The translations under genes and the position numbers were made by a program. 25,802 nt of DNA from a virus (taxonomy: Duplodnaviria > Caudoviricetes): IMG/VR virus record IMGVR_UViG_3300031455_000006, positions 1 to 25,802 of that record. One strand, given 5' to 3'. Numbering within the stretch: position 1 is the stretch's first letter; every line of letters starts with the position of its first letter. The notes under the pieces are model-generated. The model ran no database searches and was not told where the DNA came from. It saw only the letters and a program-made list of their open reading frames with translations. Positions 25,707 through 25,802 of this stretch are shown here, piece after piece.

Positions 25707-25802
25707 TTAATTCACTTCCTTTCATTATGAGGGTAGTTAAAAAAATATAGGAGTAGTTATTTTGAAAATTCTGGGAAGGGTATAAATATTTATAGATTTA
25801 TT
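25656..25802. repeat. Terminal direct repeat, copy 2
   Basis: Matches 1-147 with one mismatch. Confidence 0.95.

Larger units (their letters stand above)
1..25802 (-). mobile_element. Circular (excised/attP-form) temperate phage-like or satellite element, ~25.65 kb
   Basis: 147-bp end overlap; intact attP beside an integrase; packaging, head and tail-tube modules; replication/transfer module; all genes co-oriented. Confidence 0.9.

Overview
The window looks like one complete, circular, AT-rich (roughly 30% GC by eye) temperate phage-like element of about 25,655 bp from a Bacillaceae-type host. Bases 1-147 repeat at 25656-25802 with one mismatch. Every credible protein gene is on the minus strand. 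Reading from the attachment site, the order is: attP carrying a replacement 3' end of the host acetate kinase gene (ackA); tyrosine integrase; an HTH replication initiator with a probable antisense control RNA; an FtsK/SpoIIIE ATPase, Replic_Relax protein and pilin-like membrane protein; a structured intergenic region with two 59-bp palindromes whose loops are inverted relative to each other; a 402-aa unknown and a membrane protein; two very divergent sigma-70-like proteins; a Zn-ribbon protein; a NUMOD4-HNH endonuclease; terS; a serine resolvase with res site; a purine-step-free tract beside a candidate packaging site; terL, portal, minor capsid, scaffold and capsid; head-tail connectors; two paralogous tail-tube genes; -1 frameshifted tail chaperones; and tape measure protein. 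The most striking point is that the circle ends right after the tape measure gene. I find no distal tail, baseplate, receptor-binding, holin, endolysin or CI/Cro genes. This suggests a satellite that builds its own head and tail tube but borrows the tail tip and lysis from a helper phage (inference). All protein calls are from motif recognition and gene order, not database searches.
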